Shown one piece after another: positions 1 through 9,600 of a stretch of DNA of 61,044 bases (the first letter of the stretch is position 1; the number at the start of each line of letters is the position of its first letter). The stretch is from contig JBKJOO010000041.1 of assembly GCA_046595615.1 (NCBI GenBank), positions 1 to 61,044 on the forward strand. Reading direction: 5' to 3'. The stretch comes from Mycobacteriales bacterium (GTDB taxonomy: Bacteria > Actinomycetota > Actinomycetes > Mycobacteriales > SCTD01). The notes under the pieces are model-generated. The model had not been told where the DNA came from. It worked only from the letters and a program-made list of their open reading frames with translations, and searched no databases. A program made the translations under genes and the position numbers.

Positions 1-2
1 AC

Positions 3-116
3 CGACTCAGCATCCAACAGCTCACGCGCATCCAGCGGACGACCCTGCATCCACACATGATCCCAACCCCCGACCAGCGCGACCAGGACGACACGCCTTA
101 TTCAGCAGCGTCCTAG
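3..116 (+). CDS. 3' end of an unidentified CDS entering from upstream of the window
   Basis: Frame open from window edge to TAG at 114-116 with mostly G/C third positions. No recognisable motif. Confidence 0.2.
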   Translation, partial: RLSIQQLTRIQRTTLHPHMIPTPDQRDQDDTPYSAAS

Positions 117-133
117 ACGACCTGGACGACGAC

Positions 134-418
134 GTGCACGACCTGAAGTCGCATGAGGGGGCCGACCTGAACAACGCCGGCACCGGACCGATGAGGGACT
201 ACCTCGACGCCGGGACCGAGGACGTGGACGACGGCGCGGACGACGACGAGGACGACGGCGGGTGGCTCGACGTCGGCGACGACGTCCACGACGCCAAGGG
301 CCGCGAGGCGTCCGAGATCAACAACGGCGGGGTGAGCGCCCAGCTGGCGTACTTGCTGACGGCGTACACCGCGGAGCAGATCGCCAGCCGGTTGCGGACG
401 GGGACGTGGCCGACCTGA
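134..418 (+). CDS. hypothetical acidic protein (94 aa)
   Basis: ORF track. Very high GC3, Asp/Glu-rich. Followed by a strong hairpin terminator. Start (GTG 134) uncertain. Confidence 0.45.
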   Translation: MHDLKSHEGADLNNAGTGPMRDYLDAGTEDVDDGADDDEDDGGWLDVGDDVHDAKGREASEINNGGVSAQLAYLLTAYTAEQIASRLRTGTWPT

Positions 419-451
419 GCGTCGTCCACGGCGGCCGCGAGGAGATCAGCG

Positions 452-482
452 GACCCCGCACGGCGTGATGCCGTGCGGGGTC
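452..482. terminator. bidirectional stem-loop between convergent genes
   Basis: 12-13 bp perfect stem: gaccccgcacgg(c) / (g)ccgtgcggggtc with a 5-7 nt loop. Confidence 0.6.
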
Positions 483-532
483 CGTCGTCGTTCGGGGCGG
501 TCACGGGGGACCGGGTGTCGCTCGAGGGAGCG

Positions 533-771
533 CTACGCGGACCGGTCGAGGTCCGTGGCCCCCTGGGGGAGCCCGCCGGAGTTGATCCGGTGAACAGGTC
601 GACCTCGTCGGCGACGTGCGTGAACTCCGTGCGCAGGACGGTGACCGACGCGCGGTGCAGCCGGGCGACCCCGCTGCCGCTCAGGCCGGAGACCCGCACG
701 TACGGCCCGTCGTCGGTTGGTTCCGCATGCAGGACCTCGTCGTCGCGGAACCACGTGGCCGGGACGGGCAC
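533..771 (-). pseudogene. hypothetical protein, frame disrupted near nt ~585
   Basis: GTG 771 ORF has high GC3 up to ...HVADEVDLF. High GC3 then moves to the frame ending at TAG 533 (..INSGGLPQGATDLDRSA*). The uninterrupted track ORF (199..771) would run through the terminator and into the convergent gene. Confidence 0.3.
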
Positions 772-783
772 GAGACCGGCGAG

Positions 784-819
784 TGGTCGGTGTGGTGGGT
801 GTGGTCGGTGTGGTCGGTG
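784..819. repeat. intergenic tandem repeat, 4 x 9 bp (TGGTCGGTG, one variant copy)
   Basis: tggtcggtg tggtgggtg tggtcggtg tggtcggtg read directly. Confidence 0.8.
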
Positions 820-826
820 CCGCTGG

Positions 827-1535
827 TCAGCCGCCGAGGGCCGCTAGGGCTGCGGGCAGGTCGTCGGGTCGGTGGTGCGCGACCCAGGCGAGGAGGTGCT
901 CAACCCGGATGCCGATGTGGACGCCGTCGCCGTCGGCGTCGTCGTCGAGCAGGTTCTTCATTCCGTCGCAGGACGACCAGGCGGGCCCGGTCGGCTCGGT
1001 GTCGTACAGCTGGTGAGGCATCGTCGTCAGCTCCGATGTGGTCACCTGACGGCCGCCGACGGGGAACAGGGCATCGTCATCGGTCGAACCGAGGTCGCCG
1101 TGGACACCGAGGACGTAGTCCCAGCCGAAAACGGTCAGCGCGGTCGAGACGACGAGGTCGAAGTTCGACCGCCGCGACTGGCGCGCCGGCCACAGCTCGA
1201 GCGAGCCGGATGACGAGAACTGTTGCCGGGGTCCAGGGTGTGCCCGGTTCCGTCACGCCGCGCGTCTCGAGGGTGGGGTCGAGCTGGGGGCCAGCTGCGG
1301 CCACGTCGTCGAAGACGCCGAGCAGGTGCCGACGCGCCTCGACGGGCTGACCGTCGAGGTGGACGGCGAGCGGGTAGAGCGCGGCCGCGAGCTCGCGGTC
1401 GGTGTGCCCGAGCGCGCGGCAGACTGCGGTCGCGGTCTCGAGGGTGCACGTGGTGATGGTGCGGGCGGGGTGGTAGTCAGTCACGGCGAGGACCTTGGTG
1501 GCCTCGCCGGTTCCGAGCGTGGTGTAGCGACGCAT
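827..1535 (-). pseudogene. hypothetical protein (~235 aa if repaired), frame switch near nt ~1225-1235
   Basis: ATG 1535 preceded by AGGAG. GC3 is high in that frame to ~1235, then high only in the frame that ends at 827 (..FGWDYVLGVHGDLGSTDDD..HIGIRVEHLLAWV..). The original frame continues as Arg/Pro junk. Confidence 0.35.
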
Positions 1536-1861
1536 GGGGCGCTCCTGTCGGTTGGGAAGGGGCGTCCACGGCCCCGCAAGATTGGGGGCTGGCGGCGGGT
1601 GTGAACCGGCGGCGTGGTGTCCGCTGGTCTCGATCCCCCGGACGGGAAGGTCCGGCAGCCCCCACTGTGCCGGCGTCTCCGCCTGGGGCAATCGACCACC
1701 TCCACCCAGTCGGTTGGGGACTGGTCGAGCGTCATCTCCGATTGGCCGTGGCGCTATCGAACCCAGGTGAGCCCCCACGGCGGCAGGCACCGTGTGCGTC
1801 GGTGGGAGGCACCTCAGGACACCAGACCGCTCGCGTGAGAGCAGGTGAGGAGGTATCGTTG

Positions 1862-1887
1862 TCTCACTATCTCTCACTATCTCTCAC
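1862..1887. promoter_or_regulatory. direct repeats (TCTCACTATC x2 + TCTCAC) upstream of the antitoxin gene; possible operator/promoter
   Basis: Unusually A/T-rich repeat 37 bp upstream of ATG 1924, in the intergenic region. Confidence 0.35.
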
Positions 1888-1923
1888 GTGACAGCGTGTC
1901 GGTGGCCCACGTCAGGAGCACGC

Positions 1924-2670
1924 ATGACCCCAACACCCTCCGCCAACGCCGCAGGGCCCGCGCGCCTGACCGACAAGGTCGTGGTGGCGCGGCCGACCGC
2001 GCGGCCGACCGCCTTGCGTGGTGGGCCCGTCGGCCAGGGAGTGCGGGAGGTGCAGGTCGGCCGCTCGACCGTTCCCACCGGGGCTGTCACCTTGACGGTG
2101 ACCGTCCCGGACGCCAGGACAGCGGACGTGCTGCAGAGTCTGCTGCCGCTGACGGCCGCGGATGCGTTCCAGCAGGCAACGGACCGCGAGGCGGCGATCG
2201 CCGCCCTGGTCGCCGACGGCGGACGGTTGCGGGCGGCCTCGCCGGCGGGCGGCGCGCAGGCGTACCGCAACGCGAAGGCGCGCGTCGACCTCGCCGCGGA
2301 GTTCCCGCTGCTGTCTGGCGGGCAGGTCGCAGCCGCGGCGCAGTCCGGGGCGGCCAACGCGCACGCGACCGCGTCCCGGTGGCGGACCAAGAACCGTGTC
2401 TTCGCCATCCCCGACAGCGTCGGTTTGCTGTACCCGTCGTTCCAGTTCGACCACCGAGGCCGCCCCCTGCCGGTGATGGCCGCCCTGCTCGCACAGCTTC
2501 AGCCGGCCCTGGACGGGTGGCAGCTCGCCCTTTGGTTCACCACCGCGACCTCCCGACTCGGCGGCCTGCGCCCGGTCGACGTGCTCGACTCTGACGACCC
2601 GACCGACCACGGCCTGCTTCTGGCCGCGGCCCGCGCGCAGGCCGCCGACATCCTCAACCCGGCCTGGTGA
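1924..2670 (+). CDS. Xre/MbcA/ParS-like antitoxin (DUF2384-type C-terminal toxin-binding domain)
   Basis: ATG 1924 with AGGAG 7 nt upstream. C-terminal ..GGLRPVDVLDSDDPTDHGLLLAAARAQ.. resembles antitoxins paired with RES toxins. Stop overlaps the start of the RES gene. Confidence 0.65.
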   Translation: MTPTPSANAAGPARLTDKVVVARPTARPTALRGGPVGQGVREVQVGRSTVPTGAVTLTVTVPDARTADVLQSLLPLTAADAFQQATDREAAIAALVADGGRLRAASPAGGAQAYRNAKARVDLAAEFPLLSGGQVAAAAQSGAANAHATASRWRTKNRVFAIPDSVGLLYPSFQFDHRGRPLPVMAALLAQLQPALDGWQLALWFTTATSRLGGLRPVDVLDSDDPTDHGLLLAAARAQAADILNPAW

Positions 2671-3470
2671 CGCCCTCACTCCCTGGGCAATCCGCGTCGT
2701 CCGTGTCCGACCCTGTGCCCTCTGCGGGGAGTCGCGCCACCGCGGGCGCCTCGGGAGCTGCGAGGCGCCCGGCAGCCCGCCCCGGAGGCAGGGTGCCGTT
2801 GCCGCGGACCCTGCCGGCGCCCGACCTCACCGGACGCCGACCACTGGCGCTCACGTGGCCAGCCGGTCAGCTCGTTGTGCGAGTCCACAACCGCGACTAC
2901 GACGCAAACGCCTTCTGGCCCGGCCGGCCCGGCGGCGCACGCTTCTCCCTGCTGGCCCCGGCGACGAACGCCGCGACGCGTCAAGCGGCGGTCGACCCCG
3001 TTCCCGTGTTGTACGTCGCCGACCATCTCGACGGGGCCCTGTCCGAGTCGGTGTTCCACGCGATCACCCCCACCACCTCGGTGTTGGCCCGCGTCGTCCC
3101 GGGCGCCACGTTGGCGTCCGCGGTTGCGTCGACGCTGCGGCTGAGGCGGCCCGTGACACTGGTCGACCTCACCACCGACGGCCTGCATCGGCTCGGTGTC
3201 GGGCGTGGGGACCTCATCGAGACCGGCCCGGAGTACTACGAGCAGACCGTCGCGTGGGCTGAGGCGTTGCACGCCCTCATGCCTCACGTCGACGGGATGA
3301 CGTGGGTCTCGCGCCAGTACGACACCTCACGGGCCGCGGTCTTGTTCGGGGACAGGATGAGCGCCGACGACCTCGAACTGGACGGCGCCCCGATGGTCCT
3401 GGGCGCCGGCCCGGGCCTCGAGGCGGTCCAGGTCCGCGCTGAACGGATCGAGGTCACGATCAGCTGGTGA
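2667..3470 (+). CDS. RES domain toxin (NAD+-targeting family)
   Basis: R..E..S arrangement (GGARFS ... GALSESVFH ... WVSRQYD). GTGA overlap with the upstream antitoxin. Confidence 0.7.
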   Translation: MTPSLPGQSASSVSDPVPSAGSRATAGASGAARRPAARPGGRVPLPRTLPAPDLTGRRPLALTWPAGQLVVRVHNRDYDANAFWPGRPGGARFSLLAPATNAATRQAAVDPVPVLYVADHLDGALSESVFHAITPTTSVLARVVPGATLASAVASTLRLRRPVTLVDLTTDGLHRLGVGRGDLIETGPEYYEQTVAWAEALHALMPHVDGMTWVSRQYDTSRAAVLFGDRMSADDLELDGAPMVLGAGPGLEAVQVRAERIEVTISW

Positions 3471-3519
3471 GCGGGGCAGCTGGCGGCTGGCGGTGGTCAG
3501 CGTCAGCCGCAAGCTTGCT

Positions 3520-3539
3520 GGGCCGGGCCGGGCCGGGCC
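3520..3539. repeat. (GGGCC)x4 pentanucleotide tract in the intergenic region upstream of the giant gene
   Basis: gggcc gggcc gggcc gggcc read directly. Confidence 0.8.
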
Positions 3540-3665
3540 GCGGAGACGGTGATCGCCCGGTGTCACTGCCTGCAGTTATGGTCGGGTAGTAACGCCGGGT
3601 GGCGGGGGAGTGCGCGTATCGACGCCCCGTTCCGCCCTCACCACCGAGGAAAGAGGCACGTCGTC

Positions 3666-6600
3666 GTGGCGAAGAGCCCGCGCAACCGTAAGCCGCAGCG
3701 CCGCGCTCGTGGGCCGGTCCCGGCCCCGGCGAACCGGCCGTTCGGAGACTACGCCGCAGGCGGCGCGCCGCCGGAGCTGCCGGACGGACAGTCCTGGGTC
3801 AGCGCAGCCGAGATCGCGGACGTCCTCGATGTGCAAGCCGCCATGGCGAGCGCGTTGGATGACCTCAGCGCGGACGACCTGCTGGGCGTGCTCGAAGGGT
3901 CACACGCCTACGACGGGTGGCGTTCGGCGATGTTGCGCATCCTGGGAATGCCGCACGCGGCGACCGTCAACCGGGCCATGGCCAACCAGTTGCTGGCCCG
4001 CGCCAGGACGGCGCCGTTCCCCGACCCGGACGGGGTGCTGCACTTCAACCTCTCATGGCCCACGACCTCCCTGATCGCCCTCTCGTCCGACCCGCGAGCC
4101 TGGAACGTGGCGCTGGCCAAGGACCCGCTCGAGGTTGTCCGGGCACTCGGGGAGGATGAGCCCACCCTGACCACGGTGCTTAACACGGCCGCGGTGATCA
4201 ACAGGTGCATGTTCCTGGCGACATCCCTCATGCCGGCCCCGCTGGTACGGGTCGGCCTGATCGCCGCCATCGCGGACGAGGCGGCGTGCGCGGCTGTCGC
4301 CCTCAGCATGCTCAGCGCCTACGACGCCGACGCCGCCGACGCGTACGACGCTCTCGAGGAGATGGAGCCGGGACGTCTGCCGGTGCGCGCAGCCGGAGAC
4401 CTGACACAGCTCGGAACACCTGGGCGGGTCGTGCCCGAGACTGCCGAGCAGGCAGCTGAGCTGGACGGCGCGGCCGGCCGCCCGCCTGGCACCAGCTGGT
4501 ACGGCCTGGACGAGGCCGCTGCGGGCAAGGTCGACGAGACGGGCGACGACGAGACGGGCGACGACGAGACGGGGGCAGTTGCTGAGCACAGTGCGGGCGA
4601 CGTGCGGTACCGCGCGACCGGGTTCACGACGCACCTGATCGAAGATCTCGGCCTGGAGCAGCTGACCGTCCAGGTCCTGCGCTCCTGGTCCCAGGTGGCG
4701 GTCGTTCTGCGCGCCGCCGCCGACGACATCGACGCGGGGGACCGCCCGAAGAACGGTGCACTGGAGGCGGCGGACACGTTCATGCGGGTCGTCACCGACC
4801 TAGCCGACCTGTGGGAGTGCACGCCGAGCCGGGACGGGCTCCAGGGTTCCCTGGACGCTGCTGAGGCAGCACTGGCTCGCGGACGTCAAATGGAAGCGGA
4901 CGTCCAGATCCGCCGCGCCCTGCTGCAGCAGCTGAGCGCACTGGCAGCGCCGGCGGCGGCCGAGGCCGACGCGTCGCTGGTCCGTGCTGCCGCCGTGCGA
5001 CGGCTGGAGGGGACCGCCGAGGTCGGCGACCCGGACGAGGACGCCCTGAGCCTTCTCCACGAACTGGCCCGCATCGGCCAGCTGCGCCGCGGCGGTGACG
5101 CTGTGTCCTTCGAGGACTTCCTGGCGGCGGAGCAGCGAGCCCGCACGAGCTTTTCGCACGCGACGCCGCTCGTGGTGGCCGCCAGCCTGGGGGACGTGAC
5201 GTTCCCCCCGCCCAGCGAAGACCCCGCCGAGGCCGCCCAGGTCGCCCAGGTCGCCGAGGTCGCCGAGGCTGGGGGGTTCGGGACAGCGTCGGCCCCAGCA
5301 ACCGACGTGACCTTCTTCGAGCAGCTCCTGAGGACAACGGATCGTCATCAGGACATTCACCGGGCCGCAACCGCGGCTGCCAGCCGTGAAGACGCCACCT
5401 TGGGCGCTGTCGACGAGGCAGGCGACGGGCGTCCCGTCACCGATGTTGACCAGGCAGGGGCTCCCGTCCGCGCGCCGGCCGGACCGGACCCGGTCGAGGC
5501 GTCCGACCCCGATGCGCCGGACGCGGGACGAGTGGCGGCCCAGCCTGCCCCTGGCGAGCCCGACGCGGACGGCCTCGAGGGCCACAAGGGCATCTCGGAC
5601 AGCGACCCGACCGCGCCCACTGAGACCCGTGATGACACCACGAGCGCGCGCCCGAAGCGGCCCACCGCAACGGAGCAGGCCGCCCAGGACGGCACGGGGC
5701 AGTCCCCGCACGCCCAAGACGCAGCAGCCCACCCCTCCCACCGTGAGCCGGGCTCCCACCACAGCCCGAGCCCAGCCGAGCAGGTCGCTGACGACGCTGA
5801 CGACGCCCCAGACCCTGCGGCACCCGCCCTCGACGATCTCGCCCTGGCAGACCTCACCCTCGACGACCTCGCACTGGACGCACTGGACCTCGACGACTTG
5901 ACGAGCGACGAGCCAGCCACGTCGGGCGACACCCTGCACGACCCCCTCGAGGACACCGACGGCGACCGCGACGCGTGGCCGTCCGCAGCCGCAGAGCAAG
6001 AGGCGGCCCGCCACGGCGCGCGAACGGCGTCAGCCGCCGGGCGGTTCGGTCTGGCCGCCGACATCCTGCGCGGCGCCGGCGCCGAACCGGCGTCGATCGC
6101 CGCGCGTGAGCTCGCGGCCTACGCGGCTCAGCTCAGCGACCCCGTCGGCCCGCTCGCCCACGCATTCAGCGCCACCAGCGCCGTCATCAGCCGTGAGGCG
6201 CTGTCCGAGGACCGCGACGGCCACCTGCTGGCCTGGGCCGCCGCAGCACGCGCGGCCGTCACCGCTCCGAACGCCGGACCCGGCACGGTCCTGCCGGAGC
6301 TGCGCCCATCCATCAGCGACCTGCCCGCACTCGACCTGTTGACCGAGACCCTCATTGACGCGGCCCACCGTGGCATCGCGCTCGCCGCGACCGCCGACCA
6401 GGTCACGGACGTCACCGCCTCCGAGGACCGCCTCCGCGCGGCCTCGGACGAAGTCGCCACCCTCCTGAGCGACCGCGGCCGGCGAGTGCTGAAGTTTGCC
6501 CCGCTGAACAAGATCTACAGCGAGTGGCTCAACCCTGACGGCGAACTCGGCCGGATCCTCGACAACGCTGCCGCCGGACAGGAAGGCCGCCCGCCCGCCG

Positions 6601-9600
6601 ACCCGGAGGCGCTGGACGCGTCCGTTCTGGATCTGCGCGGGCACGGAATCGACCGCACGAAGGACCGCTACTCGCAGCTGCGCCGCTCGTCCCAGCTGTA
6701 CGACAACGCGGCCCGCGACATGGCGAACCGGTGGGAGCACGTGCTCGACGTCGTCGCCGAGTACGCAACCTCGCTGCGCGCGGCCAGTGCCGCCCGACGC
6801 CCCAGCGGCGAGTCGCAGACACACACCCAGGCCGTCGACCTGCGCACCCGCCTCATGGGCGCCATCGACGGGCTCGAGACCGACCTCGCCACGTTCCCCA
6901 GCGACACCGCCTCAGCCGTTTCACTGCTTCTTGCTGGCGTGCTCGACGCGTGCCGAGGAACGCTCAGCCCCCGCGTCGAACCGTCACCGGCCTGGGCAGC
7001 CCACCACGAGCTGCTAGCCCTGTGTGTGCCTCTCGACCCCGCGACGCTGACCCCGCCCACCCTGGATCCGAACCACGCCGACCAAGGCGGTTCGACGAGC
7101 ACGCCGCCGGGAGACGAGGAGACGCGTGTCCAGGTCCCCGCGGACAACGCCAGCTACGCCAGCCCAGCCCTGTCCGAGAACGGCACCGGACGGGAAGTCC
7201 CTGACGGGCACGACACCGCAGCGCAGTGGCGCGACCTGCTGCCGGACCTGCTGGCGCTCGCCGAGGACGACGAGACTTCCCCGACCGACCTGTACGCCGA
7301 GCTGGCCGCCGCGAACCTGCACGACCTGAGCGCCGAACTCGTCGACGAGCTGCGTCGGACCGGGTCCGAGCTGGCTCAGACCCTCAGCCGCCGCCGCCGC
7401 GAGGACGTCGACGCCAGCCGCGACCGCCGCGACGCCGCGCTCGATGCGCTGGGACGCGACCTGGACGCGCGCCGGATGTCGGGGGTGCTGTCCGAGGGCC
7501 GATGGTCGCAGCTGTCCCACCAGGTGCAGGAGCTGCGCGGCCCGGCGCGGACCGACTTCCACCGGGTCTCCGCAGCGATCGAACGGATCGGCGTCGAGCT
7601 GGCAGCGGCACAGAGCGACCTCGTCGGGCAGTTCCTCGAGCGGCTCACCGCAGCGACCGCCACCTCGATGACCGTCGCGCGGTACGCGGAAGTCATCCGC
7701 AGCCAGGCTCAGGCGGGCCAGCTCGGGGCGGCCGAGTCGTCGCTGGCCAGCGCAGAAGCCGGCGAGGAGCTGCCGTCCGCCACCTCGGAGGCGACCGACC
7801 ACGTGACCGCGTTCTTCCCCGGCGTGCCGTCCCTGCTGACCGGTGCCCTGCCGCCCGGGCGGCTCTTCGACAACCTGTCCGACGCCGGCCTGGACAGCCT
7901 CGACGAGCTCACCGGGGGTCTGCTGCCGTTCTCGCAGCTGAGCCCGGCCCGGCGCAGCAACGCCCGCAACGCCGTCGAAGCGATGCGCCGCCTTGCGCGT
8001 CTCGGGCAGCAGCCGGCCCAGCTGGTCGACATGCTGCGCCCGATCCTGGCCGAGGCCGGTATCGAGCTGCGCAGCGCCAAGATCGAGCAGACGAGGCCCG
8101 AGCGGTACCTCATCGCGGCCAGCGACGTCGCCACCCTCGGCAGCGCCCGCACCCCGTCGTTCGGGTCGGCCATGACGAGCAACCGCGGCGGCGGGCTGCG
8201 GCTGGTCATCCCACGCGTCACCGCGGTCCCGGTCACCCTCGTGGAGTGGGTGCGTGACCTGCCCGCCGACACGACGGTCATCGCCATCTGGCCCGGACCG
8301 CCGCTTCGGCCAGCGGACTGGCGCGCGCTGGCCGACGCGTCCCGCGGCCGAAAGACCCCCGTCCTCGCCGTGCTCGACACCGCCCTGCTGGCGTACCTGT
8401 GCACTCAGGACAGTCCCCAGGTCGCGACGTTCGAAGCGGTCGTGCGTGCGTTCACGTCCGAGTCGCCGTACAAGGACGTGCCCGGCGACACCGCTCGCGA
8501 GATGTTCTACGGGCGCCGGCGTGAGCTCGCGCAGGTCCTCGACATGCGCGGCCCGTCCATCGTCAGCGGTGGCCGGCAGATGGGTAAGTCCGCCCTGGTC
8601 AAGTGGGCACACCGCCAGTTCGAAACTCGCCCGGGATGCATCGCGATCGACTTCGACATCCACGTCATCGGCGCGCAGGGCGACACGTCCGGGCTCTGGC
8701 CGCAGCTGTGGAACGAGCTGTCCATGCGTGACGTAGTGCACGGGCAGCTCGCTGACGGCGACCAGGCCGCCGCAGTCCACAACGCGGTCAAGCGGTGGCT
8801 GCTCGAGGACGAGAGCCGCCAGCTGCTGCTGCTGCTCGACGAGGCCGACGCATTCCTGGACGCGGACGCCGCCGAGAACCAGTTCGTGGCCGTCAACTGG
8901 TTCCGGCGCCTCATGGACGGCACCGACCACCGGTTCAAGGTCGTCTTCGTCGGGCTGCACCGCACCGCACGCTTCGACTCCCTGCCGAACCAGCCGCTGT
9001 CGCACCTGGGACACATCGGCGTCGGCCCGCTCAGCCCGCAGCACGCGCACGAGCTGATCACCCGCCCCCTGCAGGCCCTCGGGTTCCGTTTCGTCGACCC
9101 GGTCGGGACCCCGGCGCGCATCCTCGCGCTGGCGAACAACATGCCGGCCCTGCTCCAGCTGTTCGGTGCCGCCCTCGTGTCGCACCTGACAGCCCGACCT
9201 GTGCCGGACGACGCGCCGCCGCAGGACGTGACCGACGACGACATCGACCAGGTCTGGGCCGATCCGAACGTCAAGGCGTCGTTCCTGGAGAAGTACCGCC
9301 TGACCCTCAACCTCGACCCGCGCTACCGCGTGATCGCGTACGCCGTCGCGTACGCGGCGCACGTCGGCGGTGTCGGCGCCGGCCTGTCGCTGCGTGACCT
9401 GTCCGCGCAGGTCCAGGAGTACTGGCCCGAGGGGTTCGTCGCGTCGAGCTCGGACGAGATCCGCTCCCTCATCGTGGAGTGCGTCGATCTCGGCCTGCTG
9501 GCCGGAGACGCCCGCGCGTACCGGATGCGGACCCCTACCGTGTGGCGTCTGCTCGGGACCGAGGACGAGGTCCTCGACACTCTCACGACCGCGTCCGAGA

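Noticed and set aside
3549-3665. Track start (GTG 3549) for the giant gene, giving MIARCHCLQLWSGS...
   Set aside because: No Shine-Dalgarno sequence, and GC3 is weaker than downstream. GTG 3666 has GAGGAAAGAGG 9 nt upstream. This is not excluded, so it is only noted as an alternative.
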